Under the pieces are notes generated by a model. That model made no database searches and was not told the origin of the DNA. It saw nothing but the letters and a program-made list of their open reading frames with translations. DNA of 64,000 nucleotides, taken from the NCBI GenBank assembly GCA_902802905.1, contig CADCNT010000004.1, positions 13,073 through 77,072 on the forward strand, read 5' to 3'. The first letter of the stretch is position 1. Every line of letters begins with the position of its first letter. The position numbers were made by a program, and so were the translations under genes. The DNA is from an uncultured Erysipelotrichaceae bacterium (lineage in GTDB: Bacteria; Bacillota_I; Bacilli_A; RFN20; CAG-826). Shown here in pieces: positions 44,583 to 55,345 of this stretch.

Positions 44583-46703
44583 TTAAACTGCAAAGCTATT
44601 AATCGCAGCGTTTAATTTCACCATATCGTACCATGAATCTTTTGCGAGTTCATGAGTAACTGCGATACCTGCATCATCATTAATGAAGTTACCTTGTTCA
44701 TCAAGATAACCGATTTGTTGAGGGGCGCTTAAGTTATAGATGGAACCACAAGCATCGGTAAAGCCAGCGACATTACACGCTCCTCCACCAGATTGTGCCC
44801 CAATGATATCGACATTAGCGATCTTCGCCATGGTTGGTAAAGCGGAGGCACAAGAGAATGAGAATTCACTAGTTAAGATATAGAAATGATATTTATCTCC
44901 ATAATAGTCGCCTGGTCCACGATATATTCCATCCATATTTAAATCGACATCATAATGGAATTCTCTAACTACTCCTCCTAAGTTATCTTTTAAAACTAAG
45001 ATAGGATCTTTAGAGAAATAAGCAGTTAAAAAAGGAAGAGTGAGGACCGCTCCACCTCTGTTACAGGTGAGATCGATAACCACATTTTTAATTTCGTCAT
45101 GTTTTTCAATTTCTGCAAAGGCTTTTATAAAACCAAATGGGGAAGAGGTTTTTAATGCGGTAGCGACATCTACATTATCTAAGTAAGAGCCTGGATTAAA
45201 TATAATTGGAAGAGGTTGATTAAAGGCATCAAAACGAATAACCGCAGTGTTATCTTCCATGAATAAACCTTGTGGTTCTACATTTTCTCCTAATGTATTT
45301 TTTCTTAATGTTGTATAGTCGCTAAGGTAGTTAAATAAGCTGTTAACTCTAGGACCTGTATATCTAGTAGCTAAATCAGCGCCACTGACGGATTCCATAC
45401 CCGAGAAAACACTACGAGTGTTGTATCTAGTGTGACCATCATCGATATATTTCATCAAGAATTCACTTAATCCTTCGTCATATTCACGTGTATCAAGGGA
45501 CATTAATTTATCTTTTAATCCTTTTTCACTAACAAAAGAATCAAAGTCTACATAGCCTTGTTTTTGACTTAATTCTTCTTTTAAGCCGTAATAATTATCG
45601 ATTTGGAATCTTAATAATTGATAATTGAATTCTGCTAAAGCAGTACTTCTAGTTTTCTTATTAAAGAAGGTTTCTTTTGTAGAAATGCGCATGATTTTTC
45701 CTGCATTAGCAAATTGACCGTTGGAATCTTTATTATATAAAGTGACATAAATATCATCATTTACTTTTTGCCAATCTAATTTGTATTTAACGTCACTAGG
45801 TTCAGTGGATGATTTACTACTAGCGGTATAAGCATAGCCGTGACCCTCCTTATCTAAAGAGAAGATGCCATATGTAACTGGCTCTGTAGGTAAACTAGCA
45901 ACATAACGATATTGTTCTCCACTTGTTGGAGTGACACTACTATATAAAACTTCATCCATTTTGAAAGTGTTGTTTGAAGAATAATAACTACTAGTGACAT
46001 TTGGATAAGAATTATTGCTAATCGCTGAAGAGGTAAAGAAGTCGTTACCGTTATAAACAATATCAAAGCCTTGTCCGCGCAAGAAAGTATTAGATAAGAA
46101 TTGAGCCGGCATATAGACTTTATTATCTTTTTCTACGATATCCATATGATAGTCGTCTAAATCATATGCTTCACTTTCAAATTCTCCGTAATATTTAGAG
46201 CGATTTGTGCCATGCACTAAAGATAAATCGCTATTATTTGGGCTTGCCGTGTCGTTACGTAAAGATCCGTTAAATGAATTGTTTTGGGCAAACATATAAT
46301 CAAAGCGAAGGATATTGAGTATATTATCTTCAGTATCGATAGTCGCGCCTATAACATTTTCACTAAAAATGCCATAAAGATGATTGTCGATTTTATTGAT
46401 GTAAGAATCGTATTGATATAGTCGATTTGAGGTCATTGTTTCATAGTTGATTTCGATATGAATTAAATTGTTAATAACTTCTAAGAATTGACCAATTTCC
46501 ACATAAGGGGCTTCCCCATTATTTTTATGATGATAAGTCGCAAGAGGGAACCATTCTCCGTTAGCGTATCCAGATAAGACAAACTTAGCGTTTTCATCAT
46601 ATAAAGTTAAAGGTGATTTATTTCCACCTGATGGATTTAAAGCAGAACAACTCGCTAAAGCAAGTAAGGCGGTTGCACTAATGATAAGGTAATTCTTTTT
46701 CAT
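44583..46703 (-). CDS. Lipoprotein with an S41 (C-terminal processing) peptidase-like domain, about 707 aa
   Basis: Lipobox LLALASCS. S41 signature VVIDLTCNRGGAV. The GAGGT RBS serves ATG at 46703. The ORF track starts at TTG 46727. Confidence 0.65.
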   Translation of the reverse strand: MKKNYLIISATALLALASCSALNPSGGNKSPLTLYDENAKFVLSGYANGEWFPLATYHHKNNGEAPYVEIGQFLEVINNLIHIEINYETMTSNRLYQYDSYINKIDNHLYGIFSENVIGATIDTEDNILNILRFDYMFAQNNSFNGSLRNDTASPNNSDLSLVHGTNRSKYYGEFESEAYDLDDYHMDIVEKDNKVYMPAQFLSNTFLRGQGFDIVYNGNDFFTSSAISNNSYPNVTSSYYSSNNTFKMDEVLYSSVTPTSGEQYRYVASLPTEPVTYGIFSLDKEGHGYAYTASSKSSTEPSDVKYKLDWQKVNDDIYVTLYNKDSNGQFANAGKIMRISTKETFFNKKTRSTALAEFNYQLLRFQIDNYYGLKEELSQKQGYVDFDSFVSEKGLKDKLMSLDTREYDEGLSEFLMKYIDDGHTRYNTRSVFSGMESVSGADLATRYTGPRVNSLFNYLSDYTTLRKNTLGENVEPQGLFMEDNTAVIRFDAFNQPLPIIFNPGSYLDNVDVATALKTSSPFGFIKAFAEIEKHDEIKNVVIDLTCNRGGAVLTLPFLTAYFSKDPILVLKDNLGGVVREFHYDVDLNMDGIYRGPGDYYGDKYHFYILTSEFSFSCASALPTMAKIANVDIIGAQSGGGACNVAGFTDACGSIYNLSAPQQIGYLDEQGNFINDDAGIAVTHELAKDSWYDMVKLNAAINSFAV

Positions 46704-46800
46704 AATTTTTGACCTCGATAATATCAATATTATTATATATGATAAACCTATGAAAAAAGCACTACCTCTTAAATAGTGCTTTCTTATATCTTAATTAATT

Positions 46801-49077
46801 TTACCAACCAGATTTGTTTCTATCATCCATGAAGTCACTTCTTGAGTAGTCACCATTAATGATAGCGACACCTTCCACAGTGTCATAGTTATAACCAGTA
46901 AAATAAACACTCCAAGTAGATGGTAATCCATTTTTACCTTGGCCTTCATATTTCACAAAGTTATATGGGGTAAAGATACGAACTACATCATAGAAATAGA
47001 ACGCAAACGCTTCAATTGTAGTAACACTAGATGGGATGAATTGATAGTTAACATGACATCCTGCGAATGCTTGACGTTTAATGGTTTCTACACCATCTTC
47101 AATATCAATACGATAGATGCCATCGCAATCATAGAATGCACTATCGCCAACTTCTTCTACATAGCTAGGGATAGTAATGAATGTGAGTGAGTCACAATCA
47201 TAGAACAATTCATCCGCAATTATATTTATGGAGCTATTTAAAGTGAAATCAGTAATCGCGGTGTTTCTAAAAGCCGCTCTTTTTAAAGTAGTAACAGTGC
47301 CAGGAATAACTAAACTGCCAGTTAAGGAAGTACAATTCATAAATGCTTCTTCCCCAATTGATGTAACCTTTGAAAGGCTTGTTAATGGGAAACTAGGTAA
47401 ACTAGAACAACCTTTGAATGCTTTATTACCAATAGTCTCTAAAGTGTTTTGTGGTAGGGAAATACTTGATAAAGCAGTACAGCCCATAAACACTTCTGCT
47501 GGCAAAGTTTTTAAAACATCATTTAAAGTGACATTAATGAGTTTGGAATCATTTTTAAATGCACCAGATTGAATATCGATAACATTAGATAACGAAACAG
47601 TTTGTAACTCTGACATATTAGCAAATGCTTCTGTTCCAATTTTGGTTTCACCCATGATGCCGACAGTGGTTAATGAGTCAACTCCATCAAATACATGAGC
47701 GGCAACTTCACTAATAGTGTCTGGAATAGTAATTGAAGCACTACTTCTACCACGAGGATAAGCAACAACAACACTACCTTCACATAACATATCATTAACA
47801 GAGGAATAGTGAGTATTTCCAGCTTCTACTTCGAATGTAGAAAGTGAACTACAGCCCTTAAAGTCTTCGGAGATGGCCTCAATTTTACTTCCAATATGTA
47901 TTAAGGAAGCCTTTGAGTTTCTAAATGCATCTTTAGCGATATACTCAATATCATCACCATTACCATCAACGTTTGGAATAGTAATTGTTCCAGTTTTAGC
48001 GCATGGGCAATAGAGTAATGTGTTCTTGTGAGATACTATGTCATCACTATAGTCATAGGCGAATAGCATGCCGTTAATGCTGTAATAATTTGGATTACCG
48101 GCTTCAACATTGATTGTGGTTAAGACTGGACTAGCGCGATAGGCATCTAAATCAATTTCAGTTTGATTTTTACCGACATTGATTGTTTCCATGCTGCCAC
48201 AATATAAGAAGGCATCATCACCTAATTCAACTCCACTACTAGGCATATTGATTTTGGTGACTGCTGGGCAGTCTTGAAACGCTCTTTTACCAATATAGGT
48301 CACGCTATCCGGGATAGTGATTGATTTAAAACCAAATATTGTGGAATGAGCTGGACCGTTAAAGGCATCATCGCCAATTTCTGTAACTGGTTTTCCTTCA
48401 ATTACAGAAGGGATAACTAAATCATCCATATTGGCGTCCTTAGGATATTCAAAACCAGTGATGCGAACTTTGTTATCAACCACTACATAGGTAAGACCTT
48501 CTGTAGGAACATAACTACTTTCCGAACAAGAATAGTTAATTGTGACATTTTCTAAAATGTTTGCGCCACTACCAGTGTAGGCTTCAATTTTAAAATAAGT
48601 TGGCTCATACCCTTCAGCGAAAGCATAGTTAACATTGGTAGTGTTAAATTCAACATAGTTAGAGTAGACTATTTCTCCATCAATTTCACAGCCATAATGG
48701 AATCGTAGCTTATCATAATTAGATGTGATTTGAATGGATTTCATGCCCTTAATCTTACTGGTGTTAAAAACAGTAGGATTATGTAATGTGCCACCATCTA
48801 CTAAAGAAATCCAGGCATTTTCAGGATTAAGAACAACTGATCCATCTGTTTCAAAATAGATTCTGTTGTTTAAATTGGTGAGGGAATAGAAGTTACCTGT
48901 TCCATCATTTTCTAGTTGATTAGTTGAATTAAGAACCATGGAGTAACTAGTATTTGGAGTATTTCTATTAGCGTAGGAAATATCAGCGGATTTATCTGCA
49001 ATTAAACTAGCAGTGCCAATACCTGTTGTGGCGATGCCAAGTACCGCTAGAGTTGTTAATAGAATCTTTTTATCCAT
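46801..49077 (-). CDS. Secreted BspA-type LRR surface protein, 758 aa
   Basis: Signal peptide plus repeated IPxSVTxIGxxAFxxC modules. Confidence 0.65.
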   Translation of the reverse strand: MDKKILLTTLAVLGIATTGIGTASLIADKSADISYANRNTPNTSYSMVLNSTNQLENDGTGNFYSLTNLNNRIYFETDGSVVLNPENAWISLVDGGTLHNPTVFNTSKIKGMKSIQITSNYDKLRFHYGCEIDGEIVYSNYVEFNTTNVNYAFAEGYEPTYFKIEAYTGSGANILENVTINYSCSESSYVPTEGLTYVVVDNKVRITGFEYPKDANMDDLVIPSVIEGKPVTEIGDDAFNGPAHSTIFGFKSITIPDSVTYIGKRAFQDCPAVTKINMPSSGVELGDDAFLYCGSMETINVGKNQTEIDLDAYRASPVLTTINVEAGNPNYYSINGMLFAYDYSDDIVSHKNTLLYCPCAKTGTITIPNVDGNGDDIEYIAKDAFRNSKASLIHIGSKIEAISEDFKGCSSLSTFEVEAGNTHYSSVNDMLCEGSVVVAYPRGRSSASITIPDTISEVAAHVFDGVDSLTTVGIMGETKIGTEAFANMSELQTVSLSNVIDIQSGAFKNDSKLINVTLNDVLKTLPAEVFMGCTALSSISLPQNTLETIGNKAFKGCSSLPSFPLTSLSKVTSIGEEAFMNCTSLTGSLVIPGTVTTLKRAAFRNTAITDFTLNSSINIIADELFYDCDSLTFITIPSYVEEVGDSAFYDCDGIYRIDIEDGVETIKRQAFAGCHVNYQFIPSSVTTIEAFAFYFYDVVRIFTPYNFVKYEGQGKNGLPSTWSVYFTGYNYDTVEGVAIINGDYSRSDFMDDRNKSGW

Positions 49078-49282
49078 AGAAGTTAGTCTCCTTTAAGTTG
49101 TTATATATTATATATATGCATCTGCACAAAAAGAAAGAACTTCTCTATTTCCATATCAGCGAGATAAGTTCCTTTCCCACTTTGAGAATTCATCACTCCT
49201 TCTATATCAAGGAATATCAGTTTCATATCCACTATTGTATATCGGTCTATTTAATTTCATAATTACTTTAGAGGTGTTATAT

Positions 49283-50311
49283 ATGCAACACAAGTTATCC
49301 AAAGGACCACTTCTTGATGAAAGTGGAAATCTAGTTGAAGCTGGATATGCTTTTTCTTTAGTAAAAGATTATTCAAGAAAAGCGATAAAAGGTAATAGAG
49401 GCAGAATCAAAGAATGGGACTATTACTATATAGGTGATGAAAACTTTGGAGTTGCTTTAACAATTGATGATAACTCCTATATGGGTTTAGTGTCTGTTTC
49501 AATTCTTGACTTTAAAAACAAGAAAGATGTCACTAAATCAATTATTAACTGGTTGCCATTTGGTGAAACTAATTTGCCTTCTTCATCTAAAGATGGAAAT
49601 ACATTTAAAGGTGGAAGAAAATACTCATTACACTTTGAAAATAAAAATGGAAAAAGACACTTAATCTGCTCGATGAAGAATCTTACAAAGGGCAAAGATT
49701 TTGAATGCAACTTTATCGTTAGAGAGACCACTGATAAATCAATGGTCATTGCCACTCCATTTAACAAGAAAAGACACTTCTACTATAACCAAAAGATTAA
49801 TTTATTATCCGCAAGTGGATTCTTTAAATATGGCGAATTAAATTACCAATTCAAAAAAGAAAAGACATTAGGTGTACTAGACTGGGGTAGAGGCGTATGG
49901 ACTTACTCTAACACTTGGTATTGGTCTAGTTTAAATAGTTACACTAAAGACGGTCATAGAATTGGCTTTAATTTAGGCTATGGCTTTGGTGACACCAGTC
50001 AAGCAAGCGAAAACATGTTCTTCTATGACTCATTAGCATTCAAGTTAGATGATGTCACATTTAATATCCCTAAAGATGAAAAAGGAAAACATCTCTTCTT
50101 AAATGAATGGACGTTCACCAGTGAAAAAGGAGACATCAATTTAAAATTCACTCCTTTAATTGATAGACACGCGAACACGAATGCCTTAATCATTCAAAGC
50201 AATCAGCATCAAGTGTTTGGCTATTTCGACGGCGAAATAAAAGTTGAGGGAAAGGTCTATAAATTAGAACACCTTATCGGCTTTGCGGAAATGGTCAAAA
50301 ATAGATGGTAA
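49283..50311 (+). CDS. DUF2804-family protein
   Basis: The family resemblance is a family-level guess. ATG at 49283 has a GAGGTG RBS. The ORF track begins earlier, at 49235. Confidence 0.55.
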   Translation: MQHKLSKGPLLDESGNLVEAGYAFSLVKDYSRKAIKGNRGRIKEWDYYYIGDENFGVALTIDDNSYMGLVSVSILDFKNKKDVTKSIINWLPFGETNLPSSSKDGNTFKGGRKYSLHFENKNGKRHLICSMKNLTKGKDFECNFIVRETTDKSMVIATPFNKKRHFYYNQKINLLSASGFFKYGELNYQFKKEKTLGVLDWGRGVWTYSNTWYWSSLNSYTKDGHRIGFNLGYGFGDTSQASENMFFYDSLAFKLDDVTFNIPKDEKGKHLFLNEWTFTSEKGDINLKFTPLIDRHANTNALIIQSNQHQVFGYFDGEIKVEGKVYKLEHLIGFAEMVKNRW

Positions 50312-50312
50312 A

Positions 50313-51062
50313 TTAATTCTTACCAATTACACCTTTAATCAGATATTCAGTTGCATCACTTCTTGAAGGCTGAATATCTTTTTTTACCAAGATTTTCTTT
50401 TTGGTTAATTCAGTAATAGCGACATCATAAAGTTTGTTAAACAATTTGTCTTCTTCTTGATGATAAACAAATAACATTAAAGTATCTTCAAATATTTCTT
50501 TTGAATTCATTGCCTTAATTTCCACGTCAGGCATATATGTGGTGTGCCCCGTTACCGCAATTGAACTTAGTGAAATATCAAACCAAAAGTCAAAATCAGA
50601 TTCGATTGGTCTACAAACAAGATTTAGTGACACATCAATAAACTTCCTGGCTTTGCCATCCCATCTGCTTCTTTTAACCGATAACTCGTAATGATTATCC
50701 AAACAATAATCACTATTGAACATAAATTGATATAGACGATAACAACGATGAATATAGGTTAGAGCCTGTTCTGATGAAAAGCACAAATTATAAAGTCTAA
50801 TTAAGGCTGTGAAAATCGACTTTCTTGGCGAGATCCAATTAGCCTCTCCTTGACCATCAATTAACTTAATAATGTTACCATATTGTTTTCCTTCTTCGAA
50901 CTTTAGTTTTTCATTTAATCCGACTAAAAATTCGTCAAAACTAGGATTTTTTCGTCTAAATTCGCTAAAACTACTTCTAAAATACTCTCTTGCCCATGAG
51001 ATTGGACAGCCCCTATAGATTGGCTTGTCTAATAGAGGTCTACTTCTTTGATTATCTTCCAT
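50313..51062 (-). CDS. Hypothetical protein, about 249 aa from ATG 51062
   Basis: An AGGAG RBS precedes MEDNQRS. The ORF track extends to 51197. Confidence 0.5.
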   Translation of the reverse strand: MEDNQRSRPLLDKPIYRGCPISWAREYFRSSFSEFRRKNPSFDEFLVGLNEKLKFEEGKQYGNIIKLIDGQGEANWISPRKSIFTALIRLYNLCFSSEQALTYIHRCYRLYQFMFNSDYCLDNHYELSVKRSRWDGKARKFIDVSLNLVCRPIESDFDFWFDISLSSIAVTGHTTYMPDVEIKAMNSKEIFEDTLMLFVYHQEEDKLFNKLYDVAITELTKKKILVKKDIQPSRSDATEYLIKGVIGKN

Positions 51063-51271
51063 TTTTCTACTCCTATTAATCCATATATGAGGAAAGAAAA
51101 AACTCCCATCGTCACGATAGGAGTTATAGTTTAAATTTATACATTCCCATCGTTCAAGCATTGGCACCCAACATGACTTGGGTTGTCGGTGGATCATAAG
51201 GCTTGTCCTTCACCACTCTCTATATGGATCTGACTATATTATGTAGGGGGTAAATCTTTGAAATACAAGTA

Positions 51272-51430
51272 TTATTTATTGAAGTCTTTATAGAAAACCA
51301 CTACGATTCTTTTCTCATCAAGGCGAAAATCTTGCATCATCCATCCTTTTGCAGCATATTCATCAAGAACTTGTTGGAATGATTTTTCTAGTGTAGCAGA
51401 TTCCACTACTTTACATATATACTTTCTCAT
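51272..51430 (-). CDS. Small protein, possibly DUF4177-like
   Basis: MRKYICKVVESATLEKSFQQVLDEYAAKGWMMQDF.... Confidence 0.4.
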   Translation of the reverse strand: MRKYICKVVESATLEKSFQQVLDEYAAKGWMMQDFRLDEKRIVVVFYKDFNK

Positions 51431-51515
51431 ATTTTCTCCAAATAATCTTATTAACATTATATATTGTTAAGTCACAAACCTTGAATATTGATTATTTTAG
51501 TTCTATGATATAGAT

Positions 51516-51668
51516 ACAAATTTATCGGCAAACCCGGAGTAATCCGGCGACGCAAAGCTAAAGGGTCCAGAAATGGATAGCCAGTTGCACACATCGATAT
51601 CTATGTGTTTTAAGTAGGTATCTTAGTGTATTTGCGTCGGTCGAAGAAAGGACCGACTTTTAATTTAT
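51516..51668 (+). ncRNA. c-di-GMP-I (GEMM) riboswitch with a terminator-type expression platform
   Basis: Aptamer GGCAAACC-[CCGGA GUAA UCCGG]-CGACGCAAAGC-UAAAGGGUCCAGAAAUGGAUAGCC (51527-51585). It carries the diagnostic GCAAACC and GACGCAAAGC motifs and a GNRA-capped P2. A hairpin GTCGGTC-GAAGAAAG-GACCGAC plus a U-tract (51637-51668) follows. It lies ahead of a GGDEF gene. Confidence 0.6.
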
Positions 51669-53159
51669 ATGGAAGGAAAGAAAAAAAGAGGATTCAGATT
51701 CCCAGTATGGGCCAAAACACTTGTAGTGTTGATTTTATCAGTTGCCACTATTAGTGTTGTTGCTGTTGTGATTTCCGCAAACAACTTAAGAAGAGTTACT
51801 AGAGAGCACTATATCCAAAAGGCCACAGAACTCGCAGATACTTTGGTGGCACATGTTGACCATGACAAAGTTTTAGCTATAAAAGACAAAGTCTATCAAA
51901 TCTATCAAACTATTCCAGAAGACGAAAGAGTGGAAAACTCTGAATGGGGAAGCGAGGCTTGGGAAACATACTTGCACAAATTTGATGAAGTAGGTGCCAT
52001 GCCTGAATACACTGATGTGCTTAGCCAAATACACGAATTACATGAAGTAAATAACGCACTATACATGTACATTTCCTACGCTGATATAAACGAGCAAAGA
52101 ATGTTCTACTTAGTGGATGATTCCGATCCAGGTGATCCTGCAGATCCTCATGACTATGGCGATCAATGTAGACCAGGAACATTTGATTACTTCACCGAGC
52201 AAGATAAAGGTATAGTTTCACACTTAGATACCGGTTTCTTACCAGAAATTACTAATATGCCAGAATATGGTTACTTAGTCAGTATTGGTAGACCTCTATA
52301 TTATAACGAAACCGATAATACTTATATTTGTGGTATGGTTGAGCTTTCAATGAATGAAATCGTTGCCGAAGAAAATAACGATATAAGAAACTTATCACTA
52401 ATTCTAGCCGCATTAGGTTTAGGCGTTGCCTTTATTGGTTATCTCATGGTTTTACTTGTTGTCATTAGACCAATCAGAATCTTAACCAAGACCGCTAATG
52501 AATATACTGAAGGAAATAATGATAACCTTGATAAATTCGCAAAAGTCAAAATTAGAACAAAAGATGAAATCGAAGATTTGGCTAACTCAATGAAGAAGAT
52601 GGAAGCAGACATTAACCATTACATTGATGACTTATTGTCCACCACCACCAAACTTGAAGGTGCAGAAAAGAAGGCTGATGAACTTAAATATATTGCTGAT
52701 AGAGATGCTTTAACTGGCTTAATGAATAAGAGAGCATACTTCGAAAAAGAAGAACGTCTCAACATTGACATTAAGAAAGGCAAAGCTAAGTTTGCTGTCA
52801 GCATGATTGACCTTAATGACTTAAAAGTCACTAACGACACTCAAGGTCATGAAAAAGGCGATATCTTAATCGTTGCTGTTAGTAATATCATCAAGAAAGT
52901 ATTTGCTTTATCATCTGTCTATCGTATCGGTGGTGACGAATTCGTGGTCATTTCCGAAAATGAAGACTATAAGAACATTCAAAAACTTAAGAACTTGTTC
53001 ATGGCCATCATCAATCAATCTATGAATGACGAAATCAAGGTCAGCGCTGCTATCGGTATAGCCGTCTTCAATCCAAAAGAAGACAACAACGTTGAAGATG
53101 TCTTCAAGCGTGCTGATATCGAAATGTATAAGATGAAAAAGGAAATGAAATCCAAATAA
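51669..53159 (+). CDS. Membrane-anchored GGDEF diguanylate cyclase, 496 aa
   Basis: An N-terminal TM segment, a periplasmic domain and a second TM segment are followed by a GGDEF domain (RDALTGLMNKRAY...YRIGGDEFVVIS). Confidence 0.8.
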   Translation: MEGKKKRGFRFPVWAKTLVVLILSVATISVVAVVISANNLRRVTREHYIQKATELADTLVAHVDHDKVLAIKDKVYQIYQTIPEDERVENSEWGSEAWETYLHKFDEVGAMPEYTDVLSQIHELHEVNNALYMYISYADINEQRMFYLVDDSDPGDPADPHDYGDQCRPGTFDYFTEQDKGIVSHLDTGFLPEITNMPEYGYLVSIGRPLYYNETDNTYICGMVELSMNEIVAEENNDIRNLSLILAALGLGVAFIGYLMVLLVVIRPIRILTKTANEYTEGNNDNLDKFAKVKIRTKDEIEDLANSMKKMEADINHYIDDLLSTTTKLEGAEKKADELKYIADRDALTGLMNKRAYFEKEERLNIDIKKGKAKFAVSMIDLNDLKVTNDTQGHEKGDILIVAVSNIIKKVFALSSVYRIGGDEFVVISENEDYKNIQKLKNLFMAIINQSMNDEIKVSAAIGIAVFNPKEDNNVEDVFKRADIEMYKMKKEMKSK

Positions 53160-53169
53160 GATTTTAAAC

Positions 53170-53210
53170 AAAAAGAGGCAAATTCCACTACGGAGAACGC
53201 CTCTTTTTAA
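53170..53210. terminator. Bidirectional terminator
   Basis: Stem AGAGGC...GCCTCT, flanked by an A-run and a T-run. Confidence 0.55.
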
Positions 53211-53215
53211 TTTGC

Positions 53216-54310
53216 TTATTTATCTAGCAAGAATAGACATTCATTACCTAAACAAATCTCACCAGTGTGGTTGAAGATAAATATTATCTCTTCCATTTTT
53301 TCTAAAAATACTTGGACTTGTGGATCTTTAATATTTTGGAAAGCTTCAATATGTTGTTTTTCTATTTCATTAGACTTATCGATAATTTCATTACCTTTTG
53401 AAGCAAGCTTGTCTCCAGTATCATTGAGTCTTTCGCTCTTTTTGAAAAGTTTTCCTGTGAACTCCACGATTATACCTGCACCTCTAACAGTGTTGCTTTC
53501 AATTGTTTCCTTAGAAAGTTTGGTCAACTTTTCAGTGCACTTCTTATGAAGTTGTAAATATGATTCTCCAGCTTCTGATATTTCGTTTTTCACAATTGAA
53601 ACATTATCTTCTTTGAAGTTACCGCTTAGAAGAATTTCTAGTAAAGAAGCTACAGAGAAGACGAATATCGTCATTTTGAAATAGTTAAACTGTTTCTCGT
53701 ATTTATTGAGCAATGTTTCTACGCTAGCTTGAGAAAGAGAGAAGCCATTATCTCTGATAAGGGCATCAATATTCTTCTTATAGAACGCCATATTCTTTCT
53801 AGCAGTTCTTTGAATATCCAACACTAGTTTGTGATTGCTTGATACAAACTTCTCATTATCGTGATTAGCGGTGTATTTAGAAATGATGCTGGATACTGTT
53901 TTTAAATCACCTTCAATTTCAGATTCTTTTTCATTTTCTAAAAATGAGAGGATTTGTTTTTCAATATCCATTATGGTTTTGATATCTTTTTCAATCACTG
54001 TTAAAGCCGCAATAATCAAAAGCATGAAGGGATTAGAAACCGCTGCAGTCTTCAATAATTCTGGGTTAATTGTGAGATTAACACTACCATCCTCAGCTAT
54101 TTTGGCAATGGAAGTCATCTCTTCATCATCCGATTTAGCTTTATCTAGACCACCAATATATGCTTCTGCTTTAGGAAGAAGAGTTTTTACCATTTCCAAA
54201 GAAACGCGCATTGCTTTATGTTCGCCTTTAGTGGTTTTCACTATGGTCATCATTTCATCAGCGGTCTTATAAGCATCAATTAATTTTTTAGCTACTTCTA
54301 ATTCATTCAT
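53216..54310 (-). CDS. Hypothetical all-helical protein (weak TelA-like resemblance), 364 aa
   Basis: Last gene of the recCBD-containing operon. Confidence 0.5.
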   Translation of the reverse strand: MNELEVAKKLIDAYKTADEMMTIVKTTKGEHKAMRVSLEMVKTLLPKAEAYIGGLDKAKSDDEEMTSIAKIAEDGSVNLTINPELLKTAAVSNPFMLLIIAALTVIEKDIKTIMDIEKQILSFLENEKESEIEGDLKTVSSIISKYTANHDNEKFVSSNHKLVLDIQRTARKNMAFYKKNIDALIRDNGFSLSQASVETLLNKYEKQFNYFKMTIFVFSVASLLEILLSGNFKEDNVSIVKNEISEAGESYLQLHKKCTEKLTKLSKETIESNTVRGAGIIVEFTGKLFKKSERLNDTGDKLASKGNEIIDKSNEIEKQHIEAFQNIKDPQVQVFLEKMEEIIFIFNHTGEICLGNECLFLLDK

Positions 54311-54315
54311 ATTAG

Positions 54316-55332
54316 TTACCTGTTCTTTTGACCAGCATTAGCCTCTTTATATGAGAACCACACTATTTGGTCAAAGTCAGAATTTGTTATATATTCTTTG
54401 TCACTTTCTTTCTTGTTTTCATTTTTCTTTTTCAAGAAATTATTAATGCCCTTAATATAACTCTCATAATCTAAATCATCTTTATATTTTTTAACTAAAT
54501 CAGGAGTCATTTCTGGAATATAAATATGAAGGTAATTTCTTAATACTTCATCGTAGATTGGATAACCAACATTATTGTCATAAACATATTGAGAAGTCCT
54601 GGAGATGTATTTAGAAATGACACTAAAAAGTTTTACGCCATCTTTTTCAGAATTAAAGAGTTTTCTTTGGGCAATAGCTCGAAACACTTTGTTAGGGATA
54701 ACTTGTTTGGTTCGAATATAATCTTCTAGTTTTTGTTCAACAATTGATTTTGCTACTAGCTCATATCCACCGGCGCCAAAATTTCTAGATAAATTAGTAC
54801 CATCGATATTATCAATAACAACGAGTCTAGTTATTACATCTTCTACTTCTGGTTGTCTATTAGATGATGGTTTAGTATTCTTTAAAACTTTTTTTATAAA
54901 TCTGACATACGAATAATGTATATGGTTTTCTACCATCTTTTTAATTTCTATGGCATTCTTTTTAGTTATTTTTACATAGCCATTCTTATTCAGCTCAATT
55001 TTTGACAAATCTAAATCAGAGTTGAATTTTCCATTTTTACCAGATGAAGAAGAGGCCGAACTCTTTGCAGGTTTTTTATATTCTTTTCCAATTCTCATCA
55101 CGTGAATCTTAAAAGAGCGGCTATCTTTATCAATTTCACTTGTAGGAACAAAATAGCCATTTCTAAACAATATTTTGCCTAGAGGTGATGTTTTATTAAA
55201 AGCTCCATTGTTTGTGAAATATGAATCAGGCAAAGGCTGACCAATTATGCTCTCAATCCAAGATGAAGTTAAATCAAATTCATCTTTATCTGGTAAAGCT
55301 TCTCCTAACAAGAAATATTTTGCTTTGCCCAT
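54316..55332 (-). CDS. Hypothetical lysine-rich protein, 338 aa
   Basis: It lies 13 nt downstream of recD. Confidence 0.5.
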   Translation of the reverse strand: MGKAKYFLLGEALPDKDEFDLTSSWIESIIGQPLPDSYFTNNGAFNKTSPLGKILFRNGYFVPTSEIDKDSRSFKIHVMRIGKEYKKPAKSSASSSSGKNGKFNSDLDLSKIELNKNGYVKITKKNAIEIKKMVENHIHYSYVRFIKKVLKNTKPSSNRQPEVEDVITRLVVIDNIDGTNLSRNFGAGGYELVAKSIVEQKLEDYIRTKQVIPNKVFRAIAQRKLFNSEKDGVKLFSVISKYISRTSQYVYDNNVGYPIYDEVLRNYLHIYIPEMTPDLVKKYKDDLDYESYIKGINNFLKKKNENKKESDKEYITNSDFDQIVWFSYKEANAGQKNR

Positions 55333-55345
55333 CGTAAATGCTCCT

